A DNA stretch of 64,000 nucleotides from Bacteroidia bacterium. GTDB taxonomy: Bacteria; Bacteroidota; Bacteroidia; AKYH767-A; 2013-40CM-41-45. The translations under genes were made by a program, and so were the position numbers. The stretch spans positions 57,350 through 121,349 of the forward strand of contig JBBRAY010000007.1 of the NCBI GenBank assembly GCA_038206355.1. Reading direction: 5' to 3'. Of this stretch, positions 10,018 through 19,912 are shown in pieces. The notes under the pieces are model-generated. The model did not search any database, had not been told where the DNA came from, and was given only the letters and a program-made list of their open reading frames with translations. Numbering within the stretch: position 1 is the stretch's first letter; each line of letters starts with the position of its first letter.

Positions 10018-10025
10018 TATCTTTG
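10018..10025 (+). promoter_or_regulatory. -7 promoter element TATCTTTG for rsfS-ftsH
   Basis: Matches TAnnTTTG just upstream of rsfS. Confidence 0.6.
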
Positions 10026-10048
10026 GCGCGGATAATTAAAACCCCTTG

Positions 10049-10465
10049 ATGGCAAAAGCAAAAAAAACTCCTGTAAAAAAAGTTCTGAAGAAAAAAAGTA
10101 AGAAGATTAACGCTGATGAAGAGTTGAAAAATCACATCATCAGCGGCATGCAAGAAAAGAAAGCGAAGGAGATCGTTTGCATTGACCTGAGGAATATAAA
10201 AAATGCTGTCACTGATTTTTTTGTAATCTGTCATGCAGATTCAAAAACACATGTTGAAGCAATCGCTGATTCCGTAGAAGACTATGTAAAGGAACATGCC
10301 GGTGAATACCCCACTCACAAAGAGGGTGTAACCAACGCGGAATGGATACTTCTCGATTATATGAATGTTATCGTACACGTATTCAGACATGAGCAGCGCG
10401 AATTTTATGGTATTGAACGGCTTTGGGCCGATGCTGACATTCAGCAGATCGCCAATAACTTTTAA
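10049..10465 (+). CDS. rsfS: Ribosome silencing factor
   Basis: KKA..I..IDL, DFFVIC, EG...AEW.LLDY..V.VHVF....REFY..E.LW.DA. Confidence 0.94.
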   Translation: MAKAKKTPVKKVLKKKSKKINADEELKNHIISGMQEKKAKEIVCIDLRNIKNAVTDFFVICHADSKTHVEAIADSVEDYVKEHAGEYPTHKEGVTNAEWILLDYMNVIVHVFRHEQREFYGIERLWADADIQQIANNF

Positions 10466-10555
10466 TCATTAACTTTGTTGTTTCGTTTTGAGTCACAGCC
10501 GCGGGCCGTGATGATCACTTATACAGGCGTTTAAATCTATTTCTATATTTTACAA

Positions 10556-12682
10556 ATGAGCGATAATAATCAGAAGACCGGTTCAAAGGATTCCAGGCCG
10601 CAAAAAGATCCGAAGGATGGCAAGGATGGTTCCGGTTTTCCGAAACAGGGAAAGCCGAAATTCAATTTTAATTTTTACTGGATATACGGAATTATCATAG
10701 TAGCAATCATCGGAACGCAGTTCATGAACTGGGGTGGCGGTGAACGCAAGACGACACGCGACTATTTTTTAAATACCATGCTCAAAGAAGGTGACGTGGA
10801 AAAAATTGTCGTCATCAATAAATCAGTCGGTCACGTATATATCAAGCCCGACAAACTCAAACAGGACAAGTACAAGGAAATCCGTTACAAGGGTTTTGGC
10901 GGGGCAGAAAATACCGGTCCGCATTTTCAGTTTAACACGGGACCTGAAGAATCATTCAGGAAAGACTTCGACGAAATCCAGAAGGAATTTCCTAAAGACC
11001 AGATTGCCAAACTTGAATATGACGATGACCATGGCGGGTACTGGGAGTTCTTTATGAACTGGGGAATACCGATTTTACTGCTGCTCTTTTTCTGGCTCTT
11101 TGTTTTCAGAAGAATGGGTGCTGCCGGTCCGGGAAGTCAGATATTCAACATCGGAAAATCACGCGCGACTTTATTTGACAAAGACCTCGTGGTGAAAGTA
11201 ACTTTCAACGACGTTGCAGGATTGGAAGAAGCAAAAGTGGAGGTAATGGAAATCGTTGACTTCCTCAAGAACCCTAAGAAATACACAACACTCGGCGGAA
11301 AAATTCCAAGAGGCGCATTGCTCGTGGGCCCTCCGGGAACAGGTAAAACATTATTGGCAAAAGCTGTGGCAGGAGAAGCACAGGTTCCGTTCTTTTCATT
11401 GTCAGGTTCCGATTTCGTGGAGATGTTTGTAGGGGTGGGCGCATCACGCGTACGCGACTTGTTCAGACAAGCAAAGGAAAAAGCACCATGCATCATATTC
11501 ATTGATGAAGTTGACGCCATCGGTCGTGCAAGGGGCAAATCGCCTTCTTTCAGTTCCAATGATGAACGTGAGAGCACGCTGAATCAGTTGCTCACTGAAA
11601 TGGATGGATTCGGAAGCAATAGCGGAGTAATCATTCTTGCAGCTACCAACCGCGCCGACGTACTCGATAAAGCATTGCTTCGCCCGGGTCGTTTCGACAG
11701 ACAAATATTTGTTGAACTCCCTGATTTGAATGGAAGAAAGGAAATTTTTGAAGTGCATCTGAAACCGCTTAAAGTAAACGAGACCTTAGACGTCGAATTT
11801 CTCGCACGCCAGACTCCGGGATTTTCCGGTGCCGATATCGCCAATGTCTGCAATGAAGCTGCTTTGATCGCTGCCAGGAAAAATAAAACAAGCATTGACA
11901 AACAGGATTTCCTTGATGCCGTAGATCGTATCATCGGCGGACTGGAGAAGAAAAATAAAATCATCACTGTTCACGAGAAGAAAGTAATCGCATACCATGA
12001 AAGCGGACATGCAACGGTGAGCTGGTTGTTGCAGTATGCGCATCCGTTGGTGAAGGTTACCATTGTTCCCCGCGGTAATTCTCTCGGAGCTGCTTGGTAC
12101 ATGCCGGAAGAAAGACAAATTACAACAACAGAGCAGATTACTGACGAAATATGCGCTGCACTCGGCGGACGGGCAGCAGAAGAAATTGTTTTCGGACAGA
12201 TATCTACCGGAGCATTAAGCGACCTGGAAAAAATTACCAAGCAGGCTTATGCAATGGTTTCAATTTTCGGATTAAATGACAGGGTTGGTAATATCAGCTA
12301 CTATGATTCTACCGGTGGTCAGGATTTCAACTTCAATAAACCTTACAGTGAAAAAACGGCTGAGATTATTGATGAAGAAGTGAAGAAGCTTATCGATGCT
12401 GCATACAAGCGCACCAAAGATTTATTGATGGCGCACAGAGAAGAACTGAATAAACTAGCCAGTCAATTACTGGAGAAGGAAGTCATATTCCGTGAAGACC
12501 TTGAGGCTATTTTTGGCAAACGTCCATGGGATGAAAAAACCTATGAACCTATTTCTCCGTCAAAGAATGGGAACTCCAATGGTTCTACAAAAACAATCCC
12601 TGCTGATGTAAAGCCTGAAGATAATTCAGGTGCGCGCCCTGTACCTTCGGATACAGATACTCCGCCTGCTGTACTTCCGTAA
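10556..12682 (+). CDS. ftsH: ATP-dependent zinc metalloprotease FtsH
   Basis: Two TM helices, Walker [12 protein letters not shown] region, HESGH zinc motif. Confidence 0.97.
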   Translation: MSDNNQKTGSKDSRPQKDPKDGKDGSGFPKQGKPKFNFNFYWIYGIIIVAIIGTQFMNWGGGERKTTRDYFLNTMLKEGDVEKIVVINKSVGHVYIKPDKLKQDKYKEIRYKGFGGAENTGPHFQFNTGPEESFRKDFDEIQKEFPKDQIAKLEYDDDHGGYWEFFMNWGIPILLLLFFWLFVFRRMGAAGPGSQIFNIGKSRATLFDKDLVVKVTFNDVAGLEEAKVEVMEIVDFLKNPKKYTTLGGKIPRGALLVGPPGTGKTLLAKAVAGEAQVPFFSLSGSDFVEMFVGVGASRVRDLFRQAKEKAPCIIFIDEVDAIGRARGKSPSFSSNDERESTLNQLLTEMDGFGSNSGVIILAATNRADVLDKALLRPGRFDRQIFVELPDLNGRKEIFEVHLKPLKVNETLDVEFLARQTPGFSGADIANVCNEAALIAARKNKTSIDKQDFLDAVDRIIGGLEKKNKIITVHEKKVIAYHESGHATVSWLLQYAHPLVKVTIVPRGNSLGAAWYMPEERQITTTEQITDEICAALGGRAAEEIVFGQISTGALSDLEKITKQAYAMVSIFGLNDRVGNISYYDSTGGQDFNFNKPYSEKTAEIIDEEVKKLIDAAYKRTKDLLMAHREELNKLASQLLEKEVIFREDLEAIFGKRPWDEKTYEPISPSKNGNSNGSTKTIPADVKPEDNSGARPVPSDTDTPPAVLP

Positions 12683-12710
12683 AGCCGGGTTTAAAACGAA
12701 TTTAATATTG

Positions 12711-12743
12711 AGCCGCCCTGTTAATTCAGTGCGGCTTTTCTTT
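12711..12743 (+). terminator. Intrinsic terminator after ftsH
   Basis: agccgc-cctg-ttaatt-cagt-gcggct followed by tttcttt. Confidence 0.7.
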
Positions 12744-12816
12744 AGCCACCAATTTTTACCAATCATTTCCTGCAATTCCCTCATCGCTTAGTGCTAATTC
12801 GTGAAATTCGTGGCTA
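12743..12816. repeat. Degenerate inverted repeat (tagccaccaattttta ... aattcgtgaaattcgtggcta)
   Basis: Arms are imperfect reverse complements, between convergent genes. Confidence 0.55.
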
Positions 12817-12849
12817 ACTTTTTTTGTTTAAATCAGTATCCTAAAATTC

Positions 12850-14250
12850 CTACTCCCTTTTATAAAGATTATAAACCTTCATCTCCGGAATTATTTTTTT
12901 ATAACCGGTATGATCTGCATCATCATGTTCCTTCTTAATGATGAAATAATTGTAATTGCTTAAAGTATCAACGCTGATACTGTTATAGCGAATCAGGTAA
13001 CATTGCAGCGACCATTCATTCCAGTCATTGCGCGCAATCTGTATGATTTCTCCGGGTGGGATGTCATTTCCCATCAATCTGATGTCAGAAAGCAGGTCTT
13101 TATCACGACCGGTCTTTCCTATTCCGTCCATTGTTAGAGTCAGTCCGGAGATAAAAAGTAGTATCGAAAAGTATTTAAAATATTTTCTGAATCTAATTGA
13201 AGACTGATCAATTGCATGCTGAAGTCGGGGAGCGATAAGCAATGCAAATCCGATTGCGAAAAATGGCAACGACGGAACAAAATAAAATCCTTTTTGCACT
13301 TTAGTTAGCAATAATGGCATCGAACCCGCAAATCCAAGAAATATAAAAAACAAGGATAACGGTTTTGTTTTCATTTGTGTAAAACGGATCCGTAAAGCGA
13401 GCATGACAATGACTGAAATTGCAACCGGTACAATCAGCTCAAGAAATAAACGGTAGAGAATATAAAACCTGGAATCAACAGTGGGTACATCATTGATCCG
13501 TTTTAAAACGCGCTGGAATAAATAGATGGAAAGACTTTCACTGCTTTCAGGTATTTGGAATAGAATCAGGTAGATGATGAATGGAGCAGCGATTAGTAAA
13601 AATGTGTCTGTCATCATTTTTTTTACTGATGTAGTCCGCAGACATAACCAGTATAAAAACGGCATTGTCAAAGTGAAAAATCCCGGAAGTCCCTTGGTAA
13701 ACGAAGCGAGGAAAATGCTAAGTCCGGAAAGTAGAAGTAAATACAAATGATGGCGTGAAGAATATCGGACATAAAAAAATACAGAGAGCAAAACAAAAAC
13801 AGTCATCGTTACCTCAAGCATATTATTTGAATAAGCCCAGAAGCATACAGGGATGCTGATCCACAATACGACAGGCAACCATCCTGTTTGTTTGAAATTT
13901 TCTGCATTTGAAATTTCCTTCCAGATGCTGATGAGAATCCATATCGTAACGCACATCATAAATAGGGCATAGATCCTTTCCGTGTACATGGAGTTGCCCA
14001 GCATTTTGAAAAACAGTCCCTGAAGTCCAAATCCAAGCGGAGGTTGTTCATGAAAAGAAGTAAATCCCATCATGTTGCAATGGCTGAACTGTGGAAACCA
14101 GAACGTACCAAAACCGTTGGCCATGTTTTTTGCCACAGAAGTATACAGCATAGCATCCATGAACATGCCGTCGCGGATTAAATTTGGTAATACCAATATG
14201 ATTACGACTGAGAAGGCAAAGAGATAAAAAGGGTGATTTTTCCGGTCCAT
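12850..14250 (-). CDS. GT-C fold (ArnT/GT39-like) membrane glycosyltransferase
   Basis: GMFMDA.LY..VA.N, F.EQPPL.F.LQ, TKG in a polytopic membrane protein. Confidence 0.75.
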   Translation of the reverse strand: MDRKNHPFYLFAFSVVIILVLPNLIRDGMFMDAMLYTSVAKNMANGFGTFWFPQFSHCNMMGFTSFHEQPPLGFGLQGLFFKMLGNSMYTERIYALFMMCVTIWILISIWKEISNAENFKQTGWLPVVLWISIPVCFWAYSNNMLEVTMTVFVLLSVFFYVRYSSRHHLYLLLLSGLSIFLASFTKGLPGFFTLTMPFLYWLCLRTTSVKKMMTDTFLLIAAPFIIYLILFQIPESSESLSIYLFQRVLKRINDVPTVDSRFYILYRLFLELIVPVAISVIVMLALRIRFTQMKTKPLSLFFIFLGFAGSMPLLLTKVQKGFYFVPSLPFFAIGFALLIAPRLQHAIDQSSIRFRKYFKYFSILLFISGLTLTMDGIGKTGRDKDLLSDIRLMGNDIPPGEIIQIARNDWNEWSLQCYLIRYNSISVDTLSNYNYFIIKKEHDDADHTGYKKIIPEMKVYNLYKRE

Positions 14251-14311
14251 GGAATTGGTTAGCTCAAAGAAAGATAAATTCGCTTAATTTGTAAACCAAC
14301 CACAGCAAATA

Positions 14312-15052
14312 ATGATCAACAATAAAAGAGTGGCCGTTGTTCTTCCGGCATACAATGCAGCATCAACCCTTGAAAAAACATATCTGGAAATTCCATTCGA
14401 TATTGTAGATGATGTGGTGCTGGTTGATGACGCCAGCAAGGACGATACTTTTCTGGTGGCACAAAAACTAGGTATCAAACACATCATCCGCCATCCTAAA
14501 AATAAAGGTTATGGCGGCAACCAGAAAAGCTGTTACGACAAAGCAAAGGAACTCAACGCCGACATAGTCATCATGCTACATCCCGATTACCAGTACACGC
14601 CTAAGCTCATCCATGCGATGGCAAGCATCATTGCCAATGACGTGTACCCGGTGGTGCTTGGTTCACGCATTTTGGGAATGGGCGCTTTGAAAGGCGGAAT
14701 GCCTTTGTACAAATATATCTTCAACCGTTTTCTCACGCTCTCTCAAAACCTGTTGATGAATCAGAAGCTTTCCGAATACCATACCGGCTATCGTGCATTC
14801 AGCAGGACTGTTCTCGATAAAATAAACTACCACGTCAACTCCGACGATTTCGTGTTCGACAACCAGATGCTGGCCCAGGTCTTTTATGCGGGTTTTGATG
14901 TGGCTGAAGTAACGTGCCCCACCAAGTATGATGAATCCAGTTCTTCCATTAATTTTTCACGCAGCATGACGTATGGGCTTGGGGTACTTAGTACTTCGTT
15001 TCAGTATTTTTTTGCGCGCCTCGGAATATATAAAACAGGAATATTCAAGTAA
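14312..15052 (+). CDS. Glycosyltransferase family 2 (polyprenol-phosphate sugar synthase-like)
   Basis: VVLPAYNA, LVDDAS.D, N.GYG, HPDYQY, GSR, TGYRAF. Confidence 0.9.
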   Translation: MINNKRVAVVLPAYNAASTLEKTYLEIPFDIVDDVVLVDDASKDDTFLVAQKLGIKHIIRHPKNKGYGGNQKSCYDKAKELNADIVIMLHPDYQYTPKLIHAMASIIANDVYPVVLGSRILGMGALKGGMPLYKYIFNRFLTLSQNLLMNQKLSEYHTGYRAFSRTVLDKINYHVNSDDFVFDNQMLAQVFYAGFDVAEVTCPTKYDESSSSINFSRSMTYGLGVLSTSFQYFFARLGIYKTGIFK

Positions 15053-15516
15053 GGGTTAGGAAATCACTATTGTCCGGCTAAAAATAATTTTGCTTTGAAG
15101 GATTCTTCTCTGTGCTCTGAATGACAATGATATCATGTGTTTGCTTAATATATACTCTCCCAAAGCCCTGTCATTTAATGAGACTTGACTTATAGAAGTG
15201 CAAAGCACACACTAACCGCGTGCGCTAAAGCTATTGCGTTGGCGCAAAGCTTTAGTCGAATTAATTCCGAAGACAAAGTTCATCGGCCTTGCTCCGCCGA
15301 AGCTTCGCTAAGGTGATGGACTCGCAGTTCTACTGCGAAATAATAATATTCAAATTGATACCTCAAAGCGTTGCTTCGGGATCATTCTATCTGTTCAAAA
15401 CTTTTCTCTTTTTCTCCCTTTCAATAAACCCTGCCTTATTACTTCGTCATTGGATAATTCCGGGCTGCAGGAGCTGGCCGGGATAACTATAAAAAATAAA
15501 GAATAACGATTACATT

Positions 15517-16821
15517 ATGAGCAGTTTCGAAGTAACGGGAGGCGTTGAACTCAAAGGATCCATCACCCCGCAGGGCGCCAAGAATGAAGCATTGCAGATC
15601 ATTTGCGCAGTGCTCCTTACGGAAGAAAAAATCACCATCAGCAATATCCCTGATATCCGTGATGTGAATAAACTGATTGAACTACTGGCCAACATGGGCG
15701 TAAGCGTTGCCAAAAAAGCGCCCGGTGAATACGAGTTTGAGGCGAAAAATGTAAACCTCGATTTTCAGAATACCGCTGATTTTAAGAAGCAGGCTGCTGC
15801 CTTACGCGGGAGTATAATGATTGTCGGTCCTTTGCTTGCACGATTCGGCAAAGCACGCATTCCAAGGCCGGGAGGTGATAAAATCGGAAGAAGAAGACTT
15901 GACACACACTTCATCGGTTTCCAGGCGCTCGGTGCAAATTTCGATTTCGACAACAATGATAATTTTTATGAAGTAGACGGAAAACATCTGAAAGGTTGTT
16001 ATATGCTTCTCGATGAAGCCTCTGTAACAGGCACAGCCAACATAGTTATGGCTGCTGTCCTCGCTGAAGGTAAAACGACCATCTACAATGCCGCTTGCGA
16101 ACCCTATCTGCAACAGCTTTGCAATATGCTCAACCGCATGGGCGCAAACATCAGCGGCATCGGATCAAACCTGCTCGTTATTGAAGGCGTGAAAAAACTG
16201 GAAGGCACAACGCACCGAATGCTCCCCGACATGATTGAGATCGGCAGTTTCATCGGATTGGCAGCAATGACAAAATCAGAACTCACCATTAAGAATGTTG
16301 GCTACCAACACCTTGGAGTCATTCCAAAAACATTCGGTCACCTCGGCATAAAGATGGAGCAGCGTGGTGATGATATTTTTATCCCGAAGCAGGAGCAATA
16401 CGAAATCGAAACATTTATTGACGGATCTATTTTAACCATTGCCGATGCCATCTGGCCGGGATTAACACCTGACTTACTCAGTGTATTGCTCGTTACCGCA
16501 ACACAGGCCAGCGGGACGGTGCTCATCCACCAGAAAATGTTTGAGAGCCGCCTTTTCTTCGTTGACAAACTGATTGACATGGGCGCACAGATTATTTTAT
16601 GCGATCCCCACCGCGCCACTGTAATCGGACTCAATCGTAAATATCCATTGCGCGCCATTCAAATGACGTCTCCTGATATCCGGGCCGGGGTATCCCTTTT
16701 AATTGCTGCCATGTCGGCAAAAGGAAAAAGCGTCATCCACAACATCGAACAGATCGACCGTGGTTACGAGCGCATCGACGAGCGCCTGAATGCACTGGGA
16801 GCGCAGATTGTGCGGATATAG
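15517..16821 (+). CDS. murA: UDP-N-acetylglucosamine 1-carboxyvinyltransferase
   Basis: GAKN, LRGS, PGGDKIGRR (Asp at the catalytic Cys position), SVTGTAN, DIRAG, IDRGYE. Confidence 0.96.
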   Translation: MSSFEVTGGVELKGSITPQGAKNEALQIICAVLLTEEKITISNIPDIRDVNKLIELLANMGVSVAKKAPGEYEFEAKNVNLDFQNTADFKKQAAALRGSIMIVGPLLARFGKARIPRPGGDKIGRRRLDTHFIGFQALGANFDFDNNDNFYEVDGKHLKGCYMLLDEASVTGTANIVMAAVLAEGKTTIYNAACEPYLQQLCNMLNRMGANISGIGSNLLVIEGVKKLEGTTHRMLPDMIEIGSFIGLAAMTKSELTIKNVGYQHLGVIPKTFGHLGIKMEQRGDDIFIPKQEQYEIETFIDGSILTIADAIWPGLTPDLLSVLLVTATQASGTVLIHQKMFESRLFFVDKLIDMGAQIILCDPHRATVIGLNRKYPLRAIQMTSPDIRAGVSLLIAAMSAKGKSVIHNIEQIDRGYERIDERLNALGAQIVRI

Positions 16822-16908
16822 ATTTTCCGATTATTAAATTGTGGGTTATTGAAATGTAACTCACATTTTAATTAATTAAATGAATCATCATTTGTTCAGG
16901 CTTTCGAT

Positions 16909-17088
16909 AGGCCTTGTGGAAAAAGCGTAAAAATATTTTTCGGAATCCGTTAAGAAAGAAAATGGTGGGTGATTCCCAACAGTTGCCTTGTCGAAAAAAC
17001 AGTTGCAGATAAAATATTTCTTGCAATTAATGACTGGCTATTTTCTTTTAGGATGGAGAAAAATATTTTAGCTTTTTCCGCACAGCCT
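16909..17088 (+). ncRNA. Candidate ~180-nt structured RNA (or MITE-like inverted repeat)
   Basis: Hand pairing gives a long interrupted stem, 16909-16975 with 17030-17088, with several G-U pairs on the + strand. Confidence 0.35.
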
Positions 17089-17149
17089 TGACTTTTTGGT
17101 TCTTTTGCGTCATGGCAAAAGAACACAGTTAGAACTGGAAAAAGGGTTC

Positions 17150-17332
17150 TCTGATTTTTTTGTTGAAGAGAAAATTATCGTTGAAATTAAATCTCGCGGC
17201 TTTTTTACCAAAGGCGACTATGATCAGGTACTAAACTATTTGAATAAATCAAACATGAAATTGGCGCTGCTTATCGTTTTTGGTCAAAATGAAGTACGCT
17301 ACAAAAGGATAGTAAATTTCGAAGCCCATTAA
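17150..17332 (+). pseudogene. GxxExxY protein (PD-(D/E)XK-like) C-terminal remnant
   Basis: DFFVEEKIIVEIKS...Q.LNYL..S..KL.LLI.FG...V.YKRIV matches the family C-terminus; the N-terminal GxxExxY motif is absent. Confidence 0.7.
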
Positions 17333-17354
17333 CCATCTGAACCTTGCGCATCCC

Positions 17355-17411
17355 TATTCGTAGATTCGCTATTCGTACATCCGTAATTTCGCAAGCATTG
17401 GTTATTCGTAC
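17355..17411. repeat. ATTCGTA-type degenerate tandem repeat
   Basis: tattcgtagattcgctattcgtacatccgtaatttcgc...ttattcgtac. Confidence 0.7.
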
Positions 17412-17421
17412 ATTTCCTTTG

Positions 17422-17429
17422 TATATTTG
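17422..17429 (+). promoter_or_regulatory. -7 promoter element TATATTTG
   Basis: TAnnTTTG 50 bp upstream of the TlpA-like gene. Confidence 0.6.
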
Positions 17430-17478
17430 CCCGTGGCTTGGTAATTGCCAATCGGCCGAAAAAAAATTAAAATAAATT

Positions 17479-18009
17479 ATGAAAAAAGCACTCTTCGTTA
17501 TTGCAATTGCAATCGCTTCTACTTCAGTTTCATTTGCCCAAACTCCAAAACCTGTAGAAGGCCTGGAAATCGGGAATTTAGCCCCCGATCTGAAATTTAA
17601 AAGTCCTGACGGAAAGGAAATCGCACTTTCTTCACTACGTGGTAAAGTGGTTCTGCTTGATTTCTGGGCTTCATGGTGCATGCCTTGCCGGATGGAGAAT
17701 CCCAATCTGGTGGCTTCTTATAACAAATATGGCAACCTGAAATATAAAAGCGGAGCAAAAGGATTTGATATTTACAGCGTTTCTCTCGATCGCGACCAGG
17801 CCAACTGGACAAAAGCTATAGAACAAGATAAATTAGTATGGAAAAGTCACGTCAGCGATCTTAAGTTCTGGCAAAGCGATGCTGCAAGAATATACCAGGT
17901 GCAGGCAATCCCTACAAACTGGCTTATTAACGAAAAAGGAATCATTGTAGCCAAAGCCCTCCGTGGACCTGCACTGGATGCAGAACTGGATAAGCTTTTA
18001 GCAAACTAA
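17479..18009 (+). CDS. TlpA/ResA-like periplasmic thiol-disulfide oxidoreductase
   Basis: Signal peptide, LDFWASWCMPC, SVSLD, IP.N.LI...G.I. Confidence 0.9.
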   Translation: MKKALFVIAIAIASTSVSFAQTPKPVEGLEIGNLAPDLKFKSPDGKEIALSSLRGKVVLLDFWASWCMPCRMENPNLVASYNKYGNLKYKSGAKGFDIYSVSLDRDQANWTKAIEQDKLVWKSHVSDLKFWQSDAARIYQVQAIPTNWLINEKGIIVAKALRGPALDAELDKLLAN

Positions 18010-18033
18010 ATTCATAACATTTAAATACCTGAG

Positions 18034-18067
18034 AACAGAAGGGCCATCGCTCTTCTGTTTTTGTTTT
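18034..18067 (+). terminator. Intrinsic terminator
   Basis: aacagaagggc-catc-gctcttctgtt followed by a T-rich tail. Confidence 0.7.
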
Positions 18068-18138
18068 ATTTGCAGTCCCGATGCCTGTCAATTTGACGAA
18101 ATAACAACAGGTGGCAGAATGATTGAGAGGAAAGAACA

Positions 18139-18738
18139 ATGAAAATTTTCAATAAAAAGAACATGAAATCTAAAGAAGAAAACAATATTGTGGATGAATC
18201 AAAAGGCACTGAAATGGAATCCATGCAGGATGAAAACCGGGTAGATTCCCCGGTAGGAGGACTTCCTGACGCGGAAGAGCAGGAGGCAGGTCAGCTCGCT
18301 AAACTTGAACTCGAATTATCAGAGGCAAAGGATAAATACCTGCGACTCTATTCCGACTTTGACAATTACAAAAAACGCATCAGCAGAGAGCGCATTGACC
18401 TCATTAAATTTGCCGGACAGGATGTAATCACTTCCATTCTCCCGATGCTTGACGACATGGAACGCGCCATGAAAGCCATGAGCGATGCCAAAGACGTGGA
18501 AGCAGTGAAAGAAGGCATTCAACTGGTGTATCAGAAAATGAGGTCCATCATGGAAGGAAATGGATTGAAGGCCATGGATGCCGCCGGAACAGACTTTGAT
18601 GCCGACCTACACGATGCTATAGCAAATGTTCCAGTAAACGATGCAAAACAAAAAGGAAAAGTGATTGAAGAAATTGAAAGAGGTTATTACCTGAACGATA
18701 AAGTAATTCGTCACGCAAAGGTGATCGTCGGAAATTAG
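18139..18738 (+). CDS. grpE: Nucleotide exchange factor GrpE (alternative start 18163)
   Basis: YLRL..DFDNYKKR, LP.LDD.ERA, FD...H.AI, GY.LNDKVIR.AKV.V. Confidence 0.95.
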   Translation: MKIFNKKNMKSKEENNIVDESKGTEMESMQDENRVDSPVGGLPDAEEQEAGQLAKLELELSEAKDKYLRLYSDFDNYKKRISRERIDLIKFAGQDVITSILPMLDDMERAMKAMSDAKDVEAVKEGIQLVYQKMRSIMEGNGLKAMDAAGTDFDADLHDAIANVPVNDAKQKGKVIEEIERGYYLNDKVIRHAKVIVGN

Positions 18739-18763
18739 GGGGGGAGAATAACAGCAAGCACAA

Positions 18764-19912
18764 ATGAGCAAAAGAGATTATTACGAGATATTAGGTGTAC
18801 AGAAAAACGCCACGGATGTTGAATTGAAAAAGGCATACCGTCAGATGGCGATGAAGTTCCATCCTGATAAAAATCCCGGCAACCACGAGGCAGAGGAGAA
18901 ATTTAAAGAAGCTGCTGAAGCGTATGATGTTTTAAGTACCCCTGAAAAAAAGCAACGGTACGATCAGTTCGGCCACCAGGGCGTGAATGGCGGAGGCGGC
19001 TACGGTGGCGGCGGGATGAACATGGAAGATATTTTCTCCCACTTCGGAAGTGTGTTCGGAGAGGATTCTCCTTTTGAAAGTTTTTTTGGCGGAGGCGGTT
19101 CGCGTGGAGGAAGAAGGGTAAACCGGGGAAGCAACCTGCGCATCAAAGTAAAACTTACGCTCGAAGAAATTGCGCATGGCGTAGAAAAAAAATTAAAAGT
19201 CAACAAAGCGATTGCCTGCAACACCTGCAAGGGTAGTGGTGCACAGGATGGCGGAGGTTTTAATAAGTGTTCAACGTGCAGCGGCGCCGGACAGGTTCAC
19301 CGTGTCACCAATACGTTTATCGGTCAGATGCGCACCTCGTCAACGTGCCCTACCTGTCATGGCGAAGGCCAGGTGATTGCAAACAAGTGTAAAACCTGCC
19401 ATGGAAGCGGCTTGCAGCATGGAGAAGAAATTGTAACGGTAAATATTCCTGCAGGAGTAGGAGAGGGCATGCAGTTAACCGTTACCGGAAAAGGAAGTGC
19501 AGGAGAGCGTGGCGGAATCCCCGGAGATTTATTTATCGTGATTGAAGAAGTTCCTCACGAGCATCTGGTGCGCGAAGGAAACAGTTTATTATACGACCTC
19601 TACATCAACTTTGCTGATGCTGCGCTTGGTACCTCTGTAGAAATTCCAACGATAGAAGGCAAAGCAAAAATTAAAATTGATTCCGGCACACAGGCAGGGA
19701 AAGTTCTTCGTCTGAAAGGAAAAGGATTGCCATCGGTCAACAGTTATGGTCGCGGCGATTTGCTGGTCAACATCAACGTATGGACGCCGCAACATCTTTC
19801 ATCAGAAGAAAAAAAAACGCTGGAACAATTTCGCAGCTCACAAAACTTCAAGCCCAATCCCGGCAAAGGCGACAAAAGCTGGAAGGAAAAGATGCGGGAG
19901 TTTTTTAATTAA
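18764..19912 (+). CDS. dnaJ: Chaperone DnaJ
   Basis: J domain HPD, G/F-rich region, four CxxCxGxG repeats. Confidence 0.97.
   Translation: MSKRDYYEILGVQKNATDVELKKAYRQMAMKFHPDKNPGNHEAEEKFKEAAEAYDVLSTPEKKQRYDQFGHQGVNGGGGYGGGGMNMEDIFSHFGSVFGEDSPFESFFGGGGSRGGRRVNRGSNLRIKVKLTLEEIAHGVEKKLKVNKAIACNTCKGSGAQDGGGFNKCSTCSGAGQVHRVTNTFIGQMRTSSTCPTCHGEGQVIANKCKTCHGSGLQHGEEIVTVNIPAGVGEGMQLTVTGKGSAGERGGIPGDLFIVIEEVPHEHLVREGNSLLYDLYINFADAALGTSVEIPTIEGKAKIKIDSGTQAGKVLRLKGKGLPSVNSYGRGDLLVNINVWTPQHLSSEEKKTLEQFRSSQNFKPNPGKGDKSWKEKMREFFN

Noticed and set aside
17271-17705. 144-aa minus-strand ORF
   Set aside because: Antisense to the TlpA-like gene and runs through the attcgta repeat.
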